Shown here piece after piece: positions 6,905 to 15,861 of a stretch of 19,422 nucleotides of DNA. The position numbers and the translations under genes were made by a program. The notes beneath the pieces were generated by a model. The model was not told where the DNA came from and searched no databases. It worked only from the letters and a program-made list of their open reading frames with translations. The stretch comes from a bacterium. GTDB lineage: Bacteria > Zhuqueibacterota > Zhuqueibacteria > Oceanimicrobiales > Oceanimicrobiaceae. How positions within the stretch are numbered: position 1 is the stretch's first letter; each line of letters begins with the position of its first letter. The stretch is taken from the NCBI GenBank assembly GCA_046757025.1, contig JBHHXN010000096.1, forward strand, positions 1-19,422, written 5' to 3'.

Positions 6905-8275
6905 TTGCAAAAAGTCAAAAAAGAAAAAATTCAATTTACCTGCCAGACGTGCGGAAAAGTTTCCCTGCGCTGGCTGGGTCGGTGTGATGAATGCGACAGC
7001 TGGAATAGTTTTATTGAAGAAACCGTTCCACTGAAAGTAACCTCAAATCGTGCCAGCTCAAAATCCCCCGCACCGCCAACCGTTTTATCCGCCGTAGAAT
7101 TCAATCATCATCAGCGCATGAAAGCTCGAAGCGATGAATTCAATCGCGTTTTAGGTGGAGGAATCGTCAGCGGATCTTTGATTTTATTGGGTGGGGACCC
7201 CGGCATCGGCAAGTCCACTCTGATGCTACAAGAAGGTGTTGCCATGGCCAGGAAAGAATTACCGGTGTTATATATTTCCGGGGAAGAGTCGGTGCAGCAG
7301 ACTAAGCTGCGTGCCAAACGTCTCGATTTGAATTCGGACTTTTTGTTCATCTACGCCGAGAACGACATCAATCAAATCATCGCCAGTATTGAAAAAATCA
7401 AACCGCAACTAGTGATCGTCGATTCGATCCAGACCGCTTATCAGCCGGCCTTTGAAAGTACCCCGGGCAGCATCAGCCAGGTAAGAGAGTGTGCACTGGA
7501 GCTGTCTCGTGTGGCCAGGCTGCAAAATGTCGCCATCGTTTTGGTGGGGCACGTCACCAAAGAGGGGCATGTTGCTGGCCCCAAAGTCCTGGAACACATG
7601 GTTGATGTTTTACTGCAATTTGAAGGGGACCGGGAGCATTTTTATCGCATTTTGCGTACCGTTAAAAATCGTTTTGGCTCTACGCGTGAAATTGGCATCT
7701 TTGAAATGACCGGCAAAGGCTTGCAGGAAGTGGAGAACCCTTCCGCACAATTTCTCGAACAAAGAAAGGAGAACATTTCCGGCTCTTCGGTTATCTGCAC
7801 TCTGGAAGGCACCCGACCATTTTTAGTTGAAATACAAGCCCTAGTGAGCCCAACCAGCTATGGCTTGCCTCAAAGATCCACCACTGGCATTGATAACAAA
7901 CGACTAGCCCTGCTCCTGGCCGTGCTCGAAAAACGCATCGGGCTGCGCGTGGGGACTCACGATGTGTTCGTGAACGCGGCAGGCGGGGTGCGCGTGGATG
8001 AACCCGCCGCCGATTTAGGTATTTTGATGTCCATCGCTTCCAGTTTTAAGGATCAAATAATCACACCAGAAGCCATCATTGTCGGAGAAGTCGGTTTAGG
8101 CGGCGAAATTCGCTCCGTTCCGCAGATTACCAAAAGATTAGAAGAAGCTTCCAAATTGGGATTCACAAAAGCGATAATTCCGAAACAGGCTCAAAAAGGT
8201 TTGCAAAAACAAATTTCTTTGAATATATTACCAGTGGAGAGCGCAGACGAGGCCATTGCAGAGGTGTTAAATTAA
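6905..8275 (+). CDS. radA: DNA repair protein RadA/Sms
   Basis: N-terminal C4 zinc finger (CQTC...CDEC), Walker A GDPGIGKS, KNRFG motif and a Lon-like C-terminal domain. TTG start with SD GAGGT at 6892-6896. Confidence 0.97.
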   Translation: MQKVKKEKIQFTCQTCGKVSLRWLGRCDECDSWNSFIEETVPLKVTSNRASSKSPAPPTVLSAVEFNHHQRMKARSDEFNRVLGGGIVSGSLILLGGDPGIGKSTLMLQEGVAMARKELPVLYISGEESVQQTKLRAKRLDLNSDFLFIYAENDINQIIASIEKIKPQLVIVDSIQTAYQPAFESTPGSISQVRECALELSRVARLQNVAIVLVGHVTKEGHVAGPKVLEHMVDVLLQFEGDREHFYRILRTVKNRFGSTREIGIFEMTGKGLQEVENPSAQFLEQRKENISGSSVICTLEGTRPFLVEIQALVSPTSYGLPQRSTTGIDNKRLALLLAVLEKRIGLRVGTHDVFVNAAGGVRVDEPAADLGILMSIASSFKDQIITPEAIIVGEVGLGGEIRSVPQITKRLEEASKLGFTKAIIPKQAQKGLQKQISLNILPVESADEAIAEVLN

Positions 8276-8276
8276 T

Positions 8277-9431
8277 TTGGATTTCACGGTTCTCAAACAA
8301 GCTGCGGAATGTCGCGCAAGAATTGGCCGGCTGACCACAGCTCATGGCGTGGTTGAAACGCCGGTATTTATGCCAGTGGGCACACAAGGGACGGTAAAAA
8401 CGCTCTCTCCGGATGAATTGCTCGAAGTCAAAAGTCAGATCATTCTGGGTAATACTTATCATCTCTATTTACGGCCCGGTCACAAAATCATTGAGAAGGC
8501 CGGGGGACTGCATAAATTTGCATGTTGGGAAAAATCCATTTTAACCGATAGCGGCGGGTTTCAGGTTTACAGTTTGACGTCGTTACGAAAAATCAATGAT
8601 GAGGGCGTGGTGTTTCAGTCACATCACGATGGTTCGTACCACCATTTTACTCCCGAACATTCGATGGAAATCCAAATGAGTTTAGGTTCGGATATCATGA
8701 TGGTTTTAGACGAATGTCCGCCTTATCCGTGCACCGAAAAATACGCAGCTCAATCGGTAACACGAACCACCAACTGGGCAAAGCGATGCCTGTTAAAGGT
8801 TCAGGAATCACAGCCGAAGTTTGGGTATGACCAACTCCTATTTGCCATTGTGCAGGGCAGTACTTTTCCGTTGCTCAGAAAAATTAGCGCCGAGCAGCTC
8901 ATTGAATTGGATTTTCCGGGTTATGCCATCGGCGGCTTATCCATTGGCGAACCGAAATCTGTTTTATTCGAAATGGCACAAATATGCACTGAGTTACTGC
9001 CCAAAGAAAAACCGCGCTATTTGATGGGAATGGGCAAACCCGACGATCTGGTGAATGCCGTAGCGCTGGGGGTGGACATGTTTGATTGCGTGATTCCCAC
9101 GCGCAATGGGAGAAAGGGTCAGGTATTCACCTGGAATGGGCCGATGAATATTAAAAATGCTTCTTTCAAGGAGGATTTTCAACCCATCGATGAAACATGC
9201 GCATGCTATGCTTGTTCAAAATTTAGCAGAGCGTATATTCGGCATCTTTTTCAGGCCGATGAAATTTTAGGAATGCGATTGGCCACTCAGCATAATCTCC
9301 ATTTTTATCATGAATTAGTGGCGCAGATGCGTGCGAAAATTCAAAAAGGAAATTTCGAAGCGTGGCGGCAACAATTTATTAATAACTATAAAACAAACCA
9401 CAATAAAGTAAATGATTCTAATTATCTTTAA
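8277..9431 (+). CDS. tgt: tRNA-guanine(34) transglycosylase
   Basis: TPVFMPVGT, NTYHL, TDSGGFQ, DECPP, GGLSIGE, DMFDCV.PTR and zinc site CACYAC...H. TTG start 1 nt after the radA stop. Confidence 0.97.
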   Translation: MDFTVLKQAAECRARIGRLTTAHGVVETPVFMPVGTQGTVKTLSPDELLEVKSQIILGNTYHLYLRPGHKIIEKAGGLHKFACWEKSILTDSGGFQVYSLTSLRKINDEGVVFQSHHDGSYHHFTPEHSMEIQMSLGSDIMMVLDECPPYPCTEKYAAQSVTRTTNWAKRCLLKVQESQPKFGYDQLLFAIVQGSTFPLLRKISAEQLIELDFPGYAIGGLSIGEPKSVLFEMAQICTELLPKEKPRYLMGMGKPDDLVNAVALGVDMFDCVIPTRNGRKGQVFTWNGPMNIKNASFKEDFQPIDETCACYACSKFSRAYIRHLFQADEILGMRLATQHNLHFYHELVAQMRAKIQKGNFEAWRQQFINNYKTNHNKVNDSNYL

Positions 9432-9445
9432 GATTGGAGGAAGGA

Positions 9446-9769
9446 GTGCTTAACACTATTTTATTCTTATTGCAGAGCAATTCTGGCGGTAGCAATTTTA
9501 GCTTTATCTTACCCATGGTGTTGATTTTTGCCATCATGTATTTTTTAATTTTTAGACCGCAGGCTAAAAAACAGAAACAGCATCAAGCTTTGATCAGCTC
9601 GCTTAAAAAAGGTGACAAAGTTATCACTGCGGGCGGAATTTATGGTACCATCGCCGGCATGAAAGAAAAAGAAAATACGCTTATTTTGGAAGTAGATTCC
9701 AATGTGAAAATTAAAATCACGCGTTCTTCTGTAGCAAAAGTTCTGGGAAAGGAAAATGGCAGTTCGTGA
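9446..9769 (+). CDS. yajC: Preprotein translocase subunit YajC
   Basis: Single TM segment, then YFLIFRPQ.KKQK and LKKGDKVITAGGIYG; classic tgt-yajC synteny. GTG at 9446 preferred because GGAGG (9436-9440) precedes it; the ORF track starts at TTG 9434. Confidence 0.93.
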   Translation: MLNTILFLLQSNSGGSNFSFILPMVLIFAIMYFLIFRPQAKKQKQHQALISSLKKGDKVITAGGIYGTIAGMKEKENTLILEVDSNVKIKITRSSVAKVLGKENGSS

Positions 9770-10304
9770 TATTGTAATCTATGGTCATCCTGTTTTACGG
9801 ATGAAATCCAAACCAATCACCGAAATGGATGAATTCATTCACACATTAGTGGAAGATATGATCGAAACCATGATTATGGCTGAGGGGATTGGGTTGGCAG
9901 CGCCGCAAGTAGCTGAACCGATTTCATTGTTTGTGGTTAATTCTGGTTTGATCGTCGAAGGCGCCCCGCCAAAAGCGTACATCAATCCGGTCATTATGGA
10001 AGAAAGCGGGACCGTGACTCTGGAAGAGGGTTGCCTCAGCATTCCAGACATTCGTGAAGACGTCACCAGACCGGAAAGCATTAAAATTAAATATCTGGAT
10101 TTAAAAGGTAAGGAACACATTGAACAATGCGATGATATGCTGGCCAGGGTTTTACAACATGAAATCGATCACTTAAACGGCATTTTATTTATCGATCGTA
10201 TCAGCCAGATCAAACGAAAACTGCTCTCTAAAAGACTCAAAAAGTTAGCAATCGAGGGCAAATCGTATTCCCAGAATGTAGCCGAGTCGAAAGTTGGATT
10301 ATGA
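9756..10304 (+). CDS. def: Peptide deformylase
   Basis: Three signature motifs: GIGLAAPQV, EGCLS, QHEIDHLNG. Confidence 0.97.
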   Translation: MAVRDIVIYGHPVLRMKSKPITEMDEFIHTLVEDMIETMIMAEGIGLAAPQVAEPISLFVVNSGLIVEGAPPKAYINPVIMEESGTVTLEEGCLSIPDIREDVTRPESIKIKYLDLKGKEHIEQCDDMLARVLQHEIDHLNGILFIDRISQIKRKLLSKRLKKLAIEGKSYSQNVAESKVGL

Positions 10305-11233
10305 AAATACTTTTCATGGGGACACCGGATTTTGCCATTCCCAGCCTGGTGAAATTGCATGAGCGTTCCCATCATGTTGTCGGAGTGGTGACGGCGCCAG
10401 ACAAACCGGTGGGTCGGGGTTTGAAAGTGAAATTTACTCCGGTCAAAAACGCGGCCCGGGCATTGAATTTACCCGTTTATCAGCCAAAAAATCTCAACGA
10501 TTCGGAATTTATTGAGACTCTAAGAAAGACCGGGTCAGAACTTTTCGTGGTTGTGGCCTTTCGTATTTTACCAGAGCACATATTTGAAATCCCAGCAAAA
10601 GGTACGATCAATTTACATGCATCCTTATTGCCGAAATATCGCGGTGCAGCGCCCATCAATTGGGCGCTCATAAATGGCGAATCCGAAACCGGCGTGACCA
10701 CGATATTTATTCAAGAAAAAGTGGATACCGGCGATATTCTACTGCAAAAAAAAGTCCCTATTACACCCGAAGATAACTGCCAAACTCTGCACGATAAATT
10801 GGCTGAAATTGGCGCTGAGATACTGTTACAGACTGTTGAACAAATTCAAAATGGCACCTACCGAAGAATTCAGCAAACGGGGCCAGCCACCAGGGCGCCA
10901 AAACTCACGAAAGAGCTGGCCCGGATTCACTGGCACGAGCCAAATTTTAAGATACACAATTTAGTAAGAGGACTCAGTCCGGTGCCCGCGGCCCATACCT
11001 TTTTTAATGGCAAGCTGATCAAAATTTTGAAAAGTCAGATTTCCACATTCAATTCCAGCGCCGGCACGCCTGGTGAAATCGTTTACGTAAATAAAAAACA
11101 AGGGCAATTGATCGTAAGTACGGGTTCGGGCTTTCTGGAAATCCTGGAATTGCAACCCGCTGGAAAAAAGAGCATGACCGCTTCTGCGTATTTGGCGGGG
11201 CACAAATTGCAAGAAGGCGAAAGATTTGAATAG
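10301..11233 (+). CDS. fmt: Methionyl-tRNA formyltransferase
   Basis: FMGTPDFA, PDKPVGRG, INLHASLLPKYRGAAPI, DTGDIL. ATGA overlap with the def stop. Confidence 0.97.
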   Translation: MKILFMGTPDFAIPSLVKLHERSHHVVGVVTAPDKPVGRGLKVKFTPVKNAARALNLPVYQPKNLNDSEFIETLRKTGSELFVVVAFRILPEHIFEIPAKGTINLHASLLPKYRGAAPINWALINGESETGVTTIFIQEKVDTGDILLQKKVPITPEDNCQTLHDKLAEIGAEILLQTVEQIQNGTYRRIQQTGPATRAPKLTKELARIHWHEPNFKIHNLVRGLSPVPAAHTFFNGKLIKILKSQISTFNSSAGTPGEIVYVNKKQGQLIVSTGSGFLEILELQPAGKKSMTASAYLAGHKLQEGERFE

Positions 11234-12566
11234 CTCTATAAAATCTGTACGACAGCTATCTGTGGAGATATTAGCGAAAACAAAGCACAATGGCAGCTTT
11301 GTAGATGAACTGTTAGCAGACGTTCTTGCTGAAAAAGAATTAAGTCAACGCGACAAGGCGCTGCTGCTGGAGCTGGTGAATGGCACCGTGCGCTGGCAGG
11401 GTCAACTCGATTGGATTCTGGAACAACTGTTTCACAAAAAGTTCAAAGACGTCTCATCAAAATTGAAAAGCATTCTGGAAGTCAGCCTGTACCAAATTCG
11501 GTTCAGTGATAAAATCCCACAATACGCCGCGGTCTCTGAGGGGGTGAAATTAGCTAAAAAAATGGGCGGCACGGCCTGGGGTAGTCTGGTCAATGGCATT
11601 TTACGCAATTACCTCAGACAGAAAAAAGCCATCAAATTTCCAGCCAGAGTGGAGGACCCGGTTACTGCGCTGGCTGTTTTGTACTCCCATCCGCGTTGGA
11701 TGCTTGAAAGATGGCTACAGCGATATGGAATGGAAGAAACCGAGCGATTGTGCCAGAAAAATAATGCACGGCCCGAAGTGTGTCTGCGGGTGAACACCAA
11801 TAAAATCGAAGTGGACGTTTTAATTCCCGAGCTGAAAAAACATGGCATCAAAATCACTCCATCAAAACACTTTCCGGACTTTTTGAAGGCGTCAAACGTC
11901 ACCGATTTGTCACGCAATCCGTTGTTTAATAAAGGCTGTTTCACGGTTCAGGACGAAAGTACTGCGCTCCCCAGCTTGCTATTGGCGCCGAAGAAAGGAG
12001 AGCGAATCCTGGATATGTGCGCCGCACCCGGCGGCAAGAGTTGTCACCTGGCGCAATTGATGTCGGATACGGGTCGAATCGTTGCCATTGATCGCCGATT
12101 CCAGCGCATCAAATCTTTGCAGGCGAATCTGAAACGATTGCAAATACGATGCGTCACGCCGCTTGTGGCAGACGGCTCCACCATCGCATTGGCACCATTC
12201 GACAAAATTCTTCTTGACGCTCCGTGCTCGGGTTTGGGTGTTTTGAGCAAAAGGGTTGATTTGCGCTGGAAACAAACCTTAAACGATATTTTTGATTTAA
12301 CCATTCTGCAGAAGCGGCTCCTGAATAATGCGAGCAAGCACCTGCGCAGGGGAGGAGAATTAGTTTATGGTACCTGCACCATCGAGCCCGAGGAAAACGA
12401 AGAGCTCATCGCTGAATTTCTCGATGAAAACAAGAATTTTAGAATTGTACAGGAAAACCATATTTCGCTGAATAATTTTTATTCGGTGCAAGGCTATCTT
12501 TCAACTTTTCCCCACAAACATGATATGGACGGAACTTTTGCTGTTAAACTTAAAAAAGTATTTTAA
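11226..12566 (+). CDS. rsmB: 16S rRNA m5C967 methyltransferase RsmB/Sun
   Basis: N-terminal NusB-like domain, then SHP.W, VQDE, DMCAAPGGKS, DAPCSG and TCT...EENE. Follows def-fmt. The TTG start position is uncertain. Confidence 0.93.
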   Translation: MNSSIKSVRQLSVEILAKTKHNGSFVDELLADVLAEKELSQRDKALLLELVNGTVRWQGQLDWILEQLFHKKFKDVSSKLKSILEVSLYQIRFSDKIPQYAAVSEGVKLAKKMGGTAWGSLVNGILRNYLRQKKAIKFPARVEDPVTALAVLYSHPRWMLERWLQRYGMEETERLCQKNNARPEVCLRVNTNKIEVDVLIPELKKHGIKITPSKHFPDFLKASNVTDLSRNPLFNKGCFTVQDESTALPSLLLAPKKGERILDMCAAPGGKSCHLAQLMSDTGRIVAIDRRFQRIKSLQANLKRLQIRCVTPLVADGSTIALAPFDKILLDAPCSGLGVLSKRVDLRWKQTLNDIFDLTILQKRLLNNASKHLRRGGELVYGTCTIEPEENEELIAEFLDENKNFRIVQENHISLNNFYSVQGYLSTFPHKHDMDGTFAVKLKKVF

Positions 12567-12593
12567 AACGAATGGAGAGCGGTTGAACGAATT

Positions 12594-13331
12594 ATGAATC
12601 TAATATTGAAAAAAATCTTATTGGTTTCTGGCGTTTTAATCGTAGCGACGGTCGTGGTAGCCATTTTTTTTGATCAAACCGTTATGCCCTGGTACACCAA
12701 ACACGGCGAGGCTTTAGCGGTTCCCAACGTGATTGCCAAACGCTATGAAACCGCCAAAGAATTGCTGGAGATGCAAAATCTCAAAGTTGTTAAAGCGGGT
12801 GAGAAATACGATTCGCAATTGCCTTTTGGTTACGTCGTCGATCAAAATCCGCGGGCAAACCGCCTGGTGAAAAAGGGCCGTCGAATCTATTTAACGGTGA
12901 GCGTGGGAGAAAGAGAACTGCAGGTGCCAAATTTGATCGGATTATCCGAAACCAATGCAGAAGAAACGTTGAAAAGCATTGGTTTGCGTGTGGGGGAAAG
13001 GGAATATCAATACGTACCTGACGAGCTGCCAAAAGTGGTCATCGCGCAATCGCATCCCGCCAATTCGTATGTCAAAGCCAGTGCCACCATCGACATCACC
13101 GTCAGTCTGGGAAAGCCGGTTGAAAACGTAATCGTCCCTTCCGTGTTAGGAAAAACACTGGATGCAGCGAAACGAGAAATTCAAAAATCGGGCCTCACTT
13201 TTGGTACCGTGAAATATCAATTTAATGTGGACTTGCTGCCACATACGGTGATTGCGCAATCCCTTGAGCCCGGATTAAAAGTCGCAAACGGGGATACCGT
13301 AAACATCATAGTCAGCACCATTAATAATTAA
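12594..13331 (+). CDS. Membrane-anchored protein with three PASTA domains and no kinase or transpeptidase domain
   Basis: N-terminal TM helix, then three repeats starting VPNVI, VPNLIG and VPSVLG, each with 'V(V/I).Q.P/..G/..(I/L).VS' elements. Confidence 0.88.
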   Translation: MNLILKKILLVSGVLIVATVVVAIFFDQTVMPWYTKHGEALAVPNVIAKRYETAKELLEMQNLKVVKAGEKYDSQLPFGYVVDQNPRANRLVKKGRRIYLTVSVGERELQVPNLIGLSETNAEETLKSIGLRVGEREYQYVPDELPKVVIAQSHPANSYVKASATIDITVSLGKPVENVIVPSVLGKTLDAAKREIQKSGLTFGTVKYQFNVDLLPHTVIAQSLEPGLKVANGDTVNIIVSTINN

Positions 13332-13345
13332 AGCAGCCAGGTATC

Positions 13346-14011
13346 ATGATACAAATCGCTCCATCCATTTTGTCTGCTGACTTTTCTCAATTAAGTCAGC
13401 AAATTAAAGAGGCCGAAAAAGCCGGTGCAGACTGGTTTCATCTGGACGTCATGGATGGTCATTTTGTGCCGAACATCACATTTGGTCCACTGATGGTGGA
13501 AGTCGTTAAAAAACTGACTTCGCTGCCGCTTGACGTGCATTTGATGATCGAAAATCCGGATAATTACCTTGAACGTTTCATCCATGCCGGCGCGCAATAC
13601 CTTACGGTGCATGTAGAAGCCGTCACGCATTTACACCGAACCATCGATTTAATTAAGCGGAATGGCGCCAAAGCGGGGGTAGCGCTGAATCCCGCTACGC
13701 CGGTAAATGTCCTGGAAGAAATCCTACCGAACGTGGATTTAATTTTGGTGATGAGTGTCAATCCCGGGTTTGGGGGACAGGCGTTTATCCCGCAGTCACT
13801 GGAAAAAATTCAAAAAATCTCTAATTTAATAAAACAAGGTAATCACGATGTCGTCATCGAAGTGGACGGCGGCATTGACAAAACAATCGCCTTGTCAGTT
13901 GTGGAGGCGGGTGCCAGTGTTCTTGTGGCCGGTTCGGCAATTTTCAAAACGAGGGATATACAACAAGCATTGCAGGAAATTAGAAATTCCATTCAAATTC
14001 ACACGGAATAG
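13346..14011 (+). CDS. rpe: Ribulose-phosphate 3-epimerase
   Basis: IAPSILSADF, HLDVMDGHFVPN, DVHLM, MSVNPGFGGQ, EVDGG, VAGSAIF. Confidence 0.97.
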   Translation: MIQIAPSILSADFSQLSQQIKEAEKAGADWFHLDVMDGHFVPNITFGPLMVEVVKKLTSLPLDVHLMIENPDNYLERFIHAGAQYLTVHVEAVTHLHRTIDLIKRNGAKAGVALNPATPVNVLEEILPNVDLILVMSVNPGFGGQAFIPQSLEKIQKISNLIKQGNHDVVIEVDGGIDKTIALSVVEAGASVLVAGSAIFKTRDIQQALQEIRNSIQIHTE

Positions 14012-14081
14012 CCTTTTACAAAATTGCATGCCGTTAAATTAATTTGATGAGATTTAAATCATTCTCTTGAGGAAAAATTTC

Positions 14082-14110
14082 TTGACAAAAATCGATTAAT
14101 TAATTATATT
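14082..14110 (+). promoter_or_regulatory. Sigma-70-type promoter of the cold-shock gene
   Basis: TTGACA (14082-14087), 17-bp spacer, TATATT (14105-14110). Strong SD GAGGAGGAG at 14131-14139. Confidence 0.75.
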
Positions 14111-14147
14111 TTGTAGGATTTATTAACTTTGAGGAGGAGAGTAAAAC

Positions 14148-14348
14148 ATGGACAAAGGTACAGTGAAATGGTTTAACGACAATAAAGGTTATGGCTTCAT
14201 TGTAACGGAAAGCGGTGAGGATGTATTCGTACATTTTTCGGTCATCGACATGGACGGTTACAAAACCTTACAGGAAGGCGCTGAGGTTCAATTTGAGTCA
14301 ATTTCCGGTGAAAAAGGATTGCATGCCACGAAAGTTGTCCGCATTTAA
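14148..14348 (+). CDS. Cold-shock domain protein (CspA family, some CspD-like residues)
   Basis: GTVKWFN, RNP-1 KGYGFI and RNP-2 VFVHF; 66 aa. Confidence 0.95.
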   Translation: MDKGTVKWFNDNKGYGFIVTESGEDVFVHFSVIDMDGYKTLQEGAEVQFESISGEKGLHATKVVRI

Positions 14349-14390
14349 TTATTATTTGCAAAAAATTATTTGAACCCAATCCAAGAAAAG

Positions 14391-14419
14391 AAACCCCGAT
14401 GTTAAATCGGGGTTTTGTT
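14391..14419 (+). terminator. Intrinsic terminator after the csp gene, possibly bidirectional
   Basis: Perfect 10-bp stem AAACCCCGAT-GTTAA-ATCGGGGTTT followed by TGTT, with an A-rich tract before it. Confidence 0.8.
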
Positions 14420-14448
14420 ATTCAATTGAATTTATCAGGAGCCGTTAG

Positions 14449-14883
14449 GTGAATTTTAAGAAAGAAGACATCGAAAAGATTGCAAAAGTACTGGGAGTCG
14501 ATGCAAAGTTTTGGGGAAATAATTATCGCATGATTCTTGAAAACCAGGAAGACGGCCGCAAGCTATCATTAGAAATTTATCCTGATATACCCATTGGCAA
14601 TGAAAGAGGCATGCTGATCAGTGTCTATACCCACAACACGCATTTACAACTGCATTTCTGTACCGGTTATGTCGTCAGTGAGATGCTGGGAGAAGTCACT
14701 TTCATCGGTGAGCATCAAGGGCGACTTTCGGGTCTGACCATTGAAAAGGAAGCCGGTTGCTCCCTGTATTCCAATGTCGATTCGAGTTTACTTTCAGGTG
14801 ACTTTACGAAATTAGGTCCTGAAGTCATGTTGTCCGGTATAGCGCTATCACTTACCGAAGGAGTCCTTCCGGGAGCAGAATAA
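14449..14883 (+). CDS. Hypothetical protein (144 aa)
   Basis: GTG start with SD AGGAG at 14437-14441. It fills the gap between the terminator and xerD with protein-like composition. No family recognised. Confidence 0.75.
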   Translation: MNFKKEDIEKIAKVLGVDAKFWGNNYRMILENQEDGRKLSLEIYPDIPIGNERGMLISVYTHNTHLQLHFCTGYVVSEMLGEVTFIGEHQGRLSGLTIEKEAGCSLYSNVDSSLLSGDFTKLGPEVMLSGIALSLTEGVLPGAE

Positions 14884-14898
14884 TCGCTCAATTTTTTC

Positions 14899-15810
14899 AT
14901 GGAAACATATCTCGACGAATTCCTGAATTTTCTTCGAATCGAAAAAAATGCCGCAAAAAATACCACGCTTTCCTACCAGAATGATTTAGATCGCTACTTT
15001 TTATTTTTAACATATCGCGGGGTCAAGGACTTAAACGAAGTCCGACCTTCGGATATTTTAGCCTTGATTCATGAACTACGGACGCTTGGATATGCTCCCT
15101 CAAGCAGCGCCCGTAATTTGTCGGCCATCCGAATGTTTCACCAATTTTTAATCGGTGAGAACTATGTCCGGCTCGACCCCAGTTCGAACATTAGTTTTCC
15201 GAAGCAAGCTCAAAAATTGCCAGATACGCTTTCGCAGCCTGAAATTGAACTTATTTTGCAACAACCCAATGTGGCTGAAGATAAAGGCTTACGTGACAAA
15301 GCCATGCTAGAATTTCTTTACGCTTCCGGACTGCGAGTCTCAGAGCTCATTACCATACGAAATTCAGATTTATTTTTTGAAGATGGATTTATTCGGGTCA
15401 TCGGAAAGGGCAACAAAGAACGCATCGTGCCCATCGGCGAGCAAGCGATCTTTTTTACAAACCAGTATTTGTCCGGCGTTCGGCCACACATAACCAGGGC
15501 TGGTAAAAGCGGTGATTATTTGTTTCTCAATTGGCGCGGAGGTCCGCTATCTCGAATGGGTTTTTGGAAAATATTGCGGTACTATGTCAACCAATCTGGT
15601 ATTAAGAAGCAAATTTCTCCCCACACTTTTCGGCACTCGTTTGCCACGCACTTGATCGAGGGCGGGGCAGACCTGAGAGCGGTTCAGGAAATGCTCGGCC
15701 ATGCGGATATTTCCAGTACGCAAATTTACACTCACCTGGATAGAGATTATCTAAAAGAAGTTCACCAAAATTTTCATCCACGCGAGAAGTTCAAAACGCC
15801 GCCTATTTGA
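14899..15810 (+). CDS. xerD: Site-specific tyrosine recombinase XerD
   Basis: N-terminal SAM-like domain; catalytic residues in YASGLRVSEL (R), GKGNKER (K), HTFRH (H-x-x-R), LGH and TQIYTH (Y). Embedded in housekeeping context. Confidence 0.9.
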   Translation: METYLDEFLNFLRIEKNAAKNTTLSYQNDLDRYFLFLTYRGVKDLNEVRPSDILALIHELRTLGYAPSSSARNLSAIRMFHQFLIGENYVRLDPSSNISFPKQAQKLPDTLSQPEIELILQQPNVAEDKGLRDKAMLEFLYASGLRVSELITIRNSDLFFEDGFIRVIGKGNKERIVPIGEQAIFFTNQYLSGVRPHITRAGKSGDYLFLNWRGGPLSRMGFWKILRYYVNQSGIKKQISPHTFRHSFATHLIEGGADLRAVQEMLGHADISSTQIYTHLDRDYLKEVHQNFHPREKFKTPPI

Positions 15811-15861
15811 TGGTTGATTATCACCTGAATACAATTTTAATCTAAAGGACCACTAAGAGCC

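Noticed and set aside
12570..12578. GAATGGAGA upstream of the PASTA gene, complementary to UCUCCAUUC in the candidate sRNA
   Set aside because: Nine bp of complementarity is at chance level; it would need genome-wide target prediction and conservation to support.
14397..14407. CGATGTTAAAT resembling the XerD arm of a dif site near xerD
   Set aside because: There is no XerC arm at the right spacing and the sequence is part of the csp terminator hairpin.
14899..15810. Tyrosine recombinase as a phage or island integrase
   Set aside because: Length and motifs are XerD-like, the flanks are housekeeping genes, and no att repeats, tRNA or cargo are visible.
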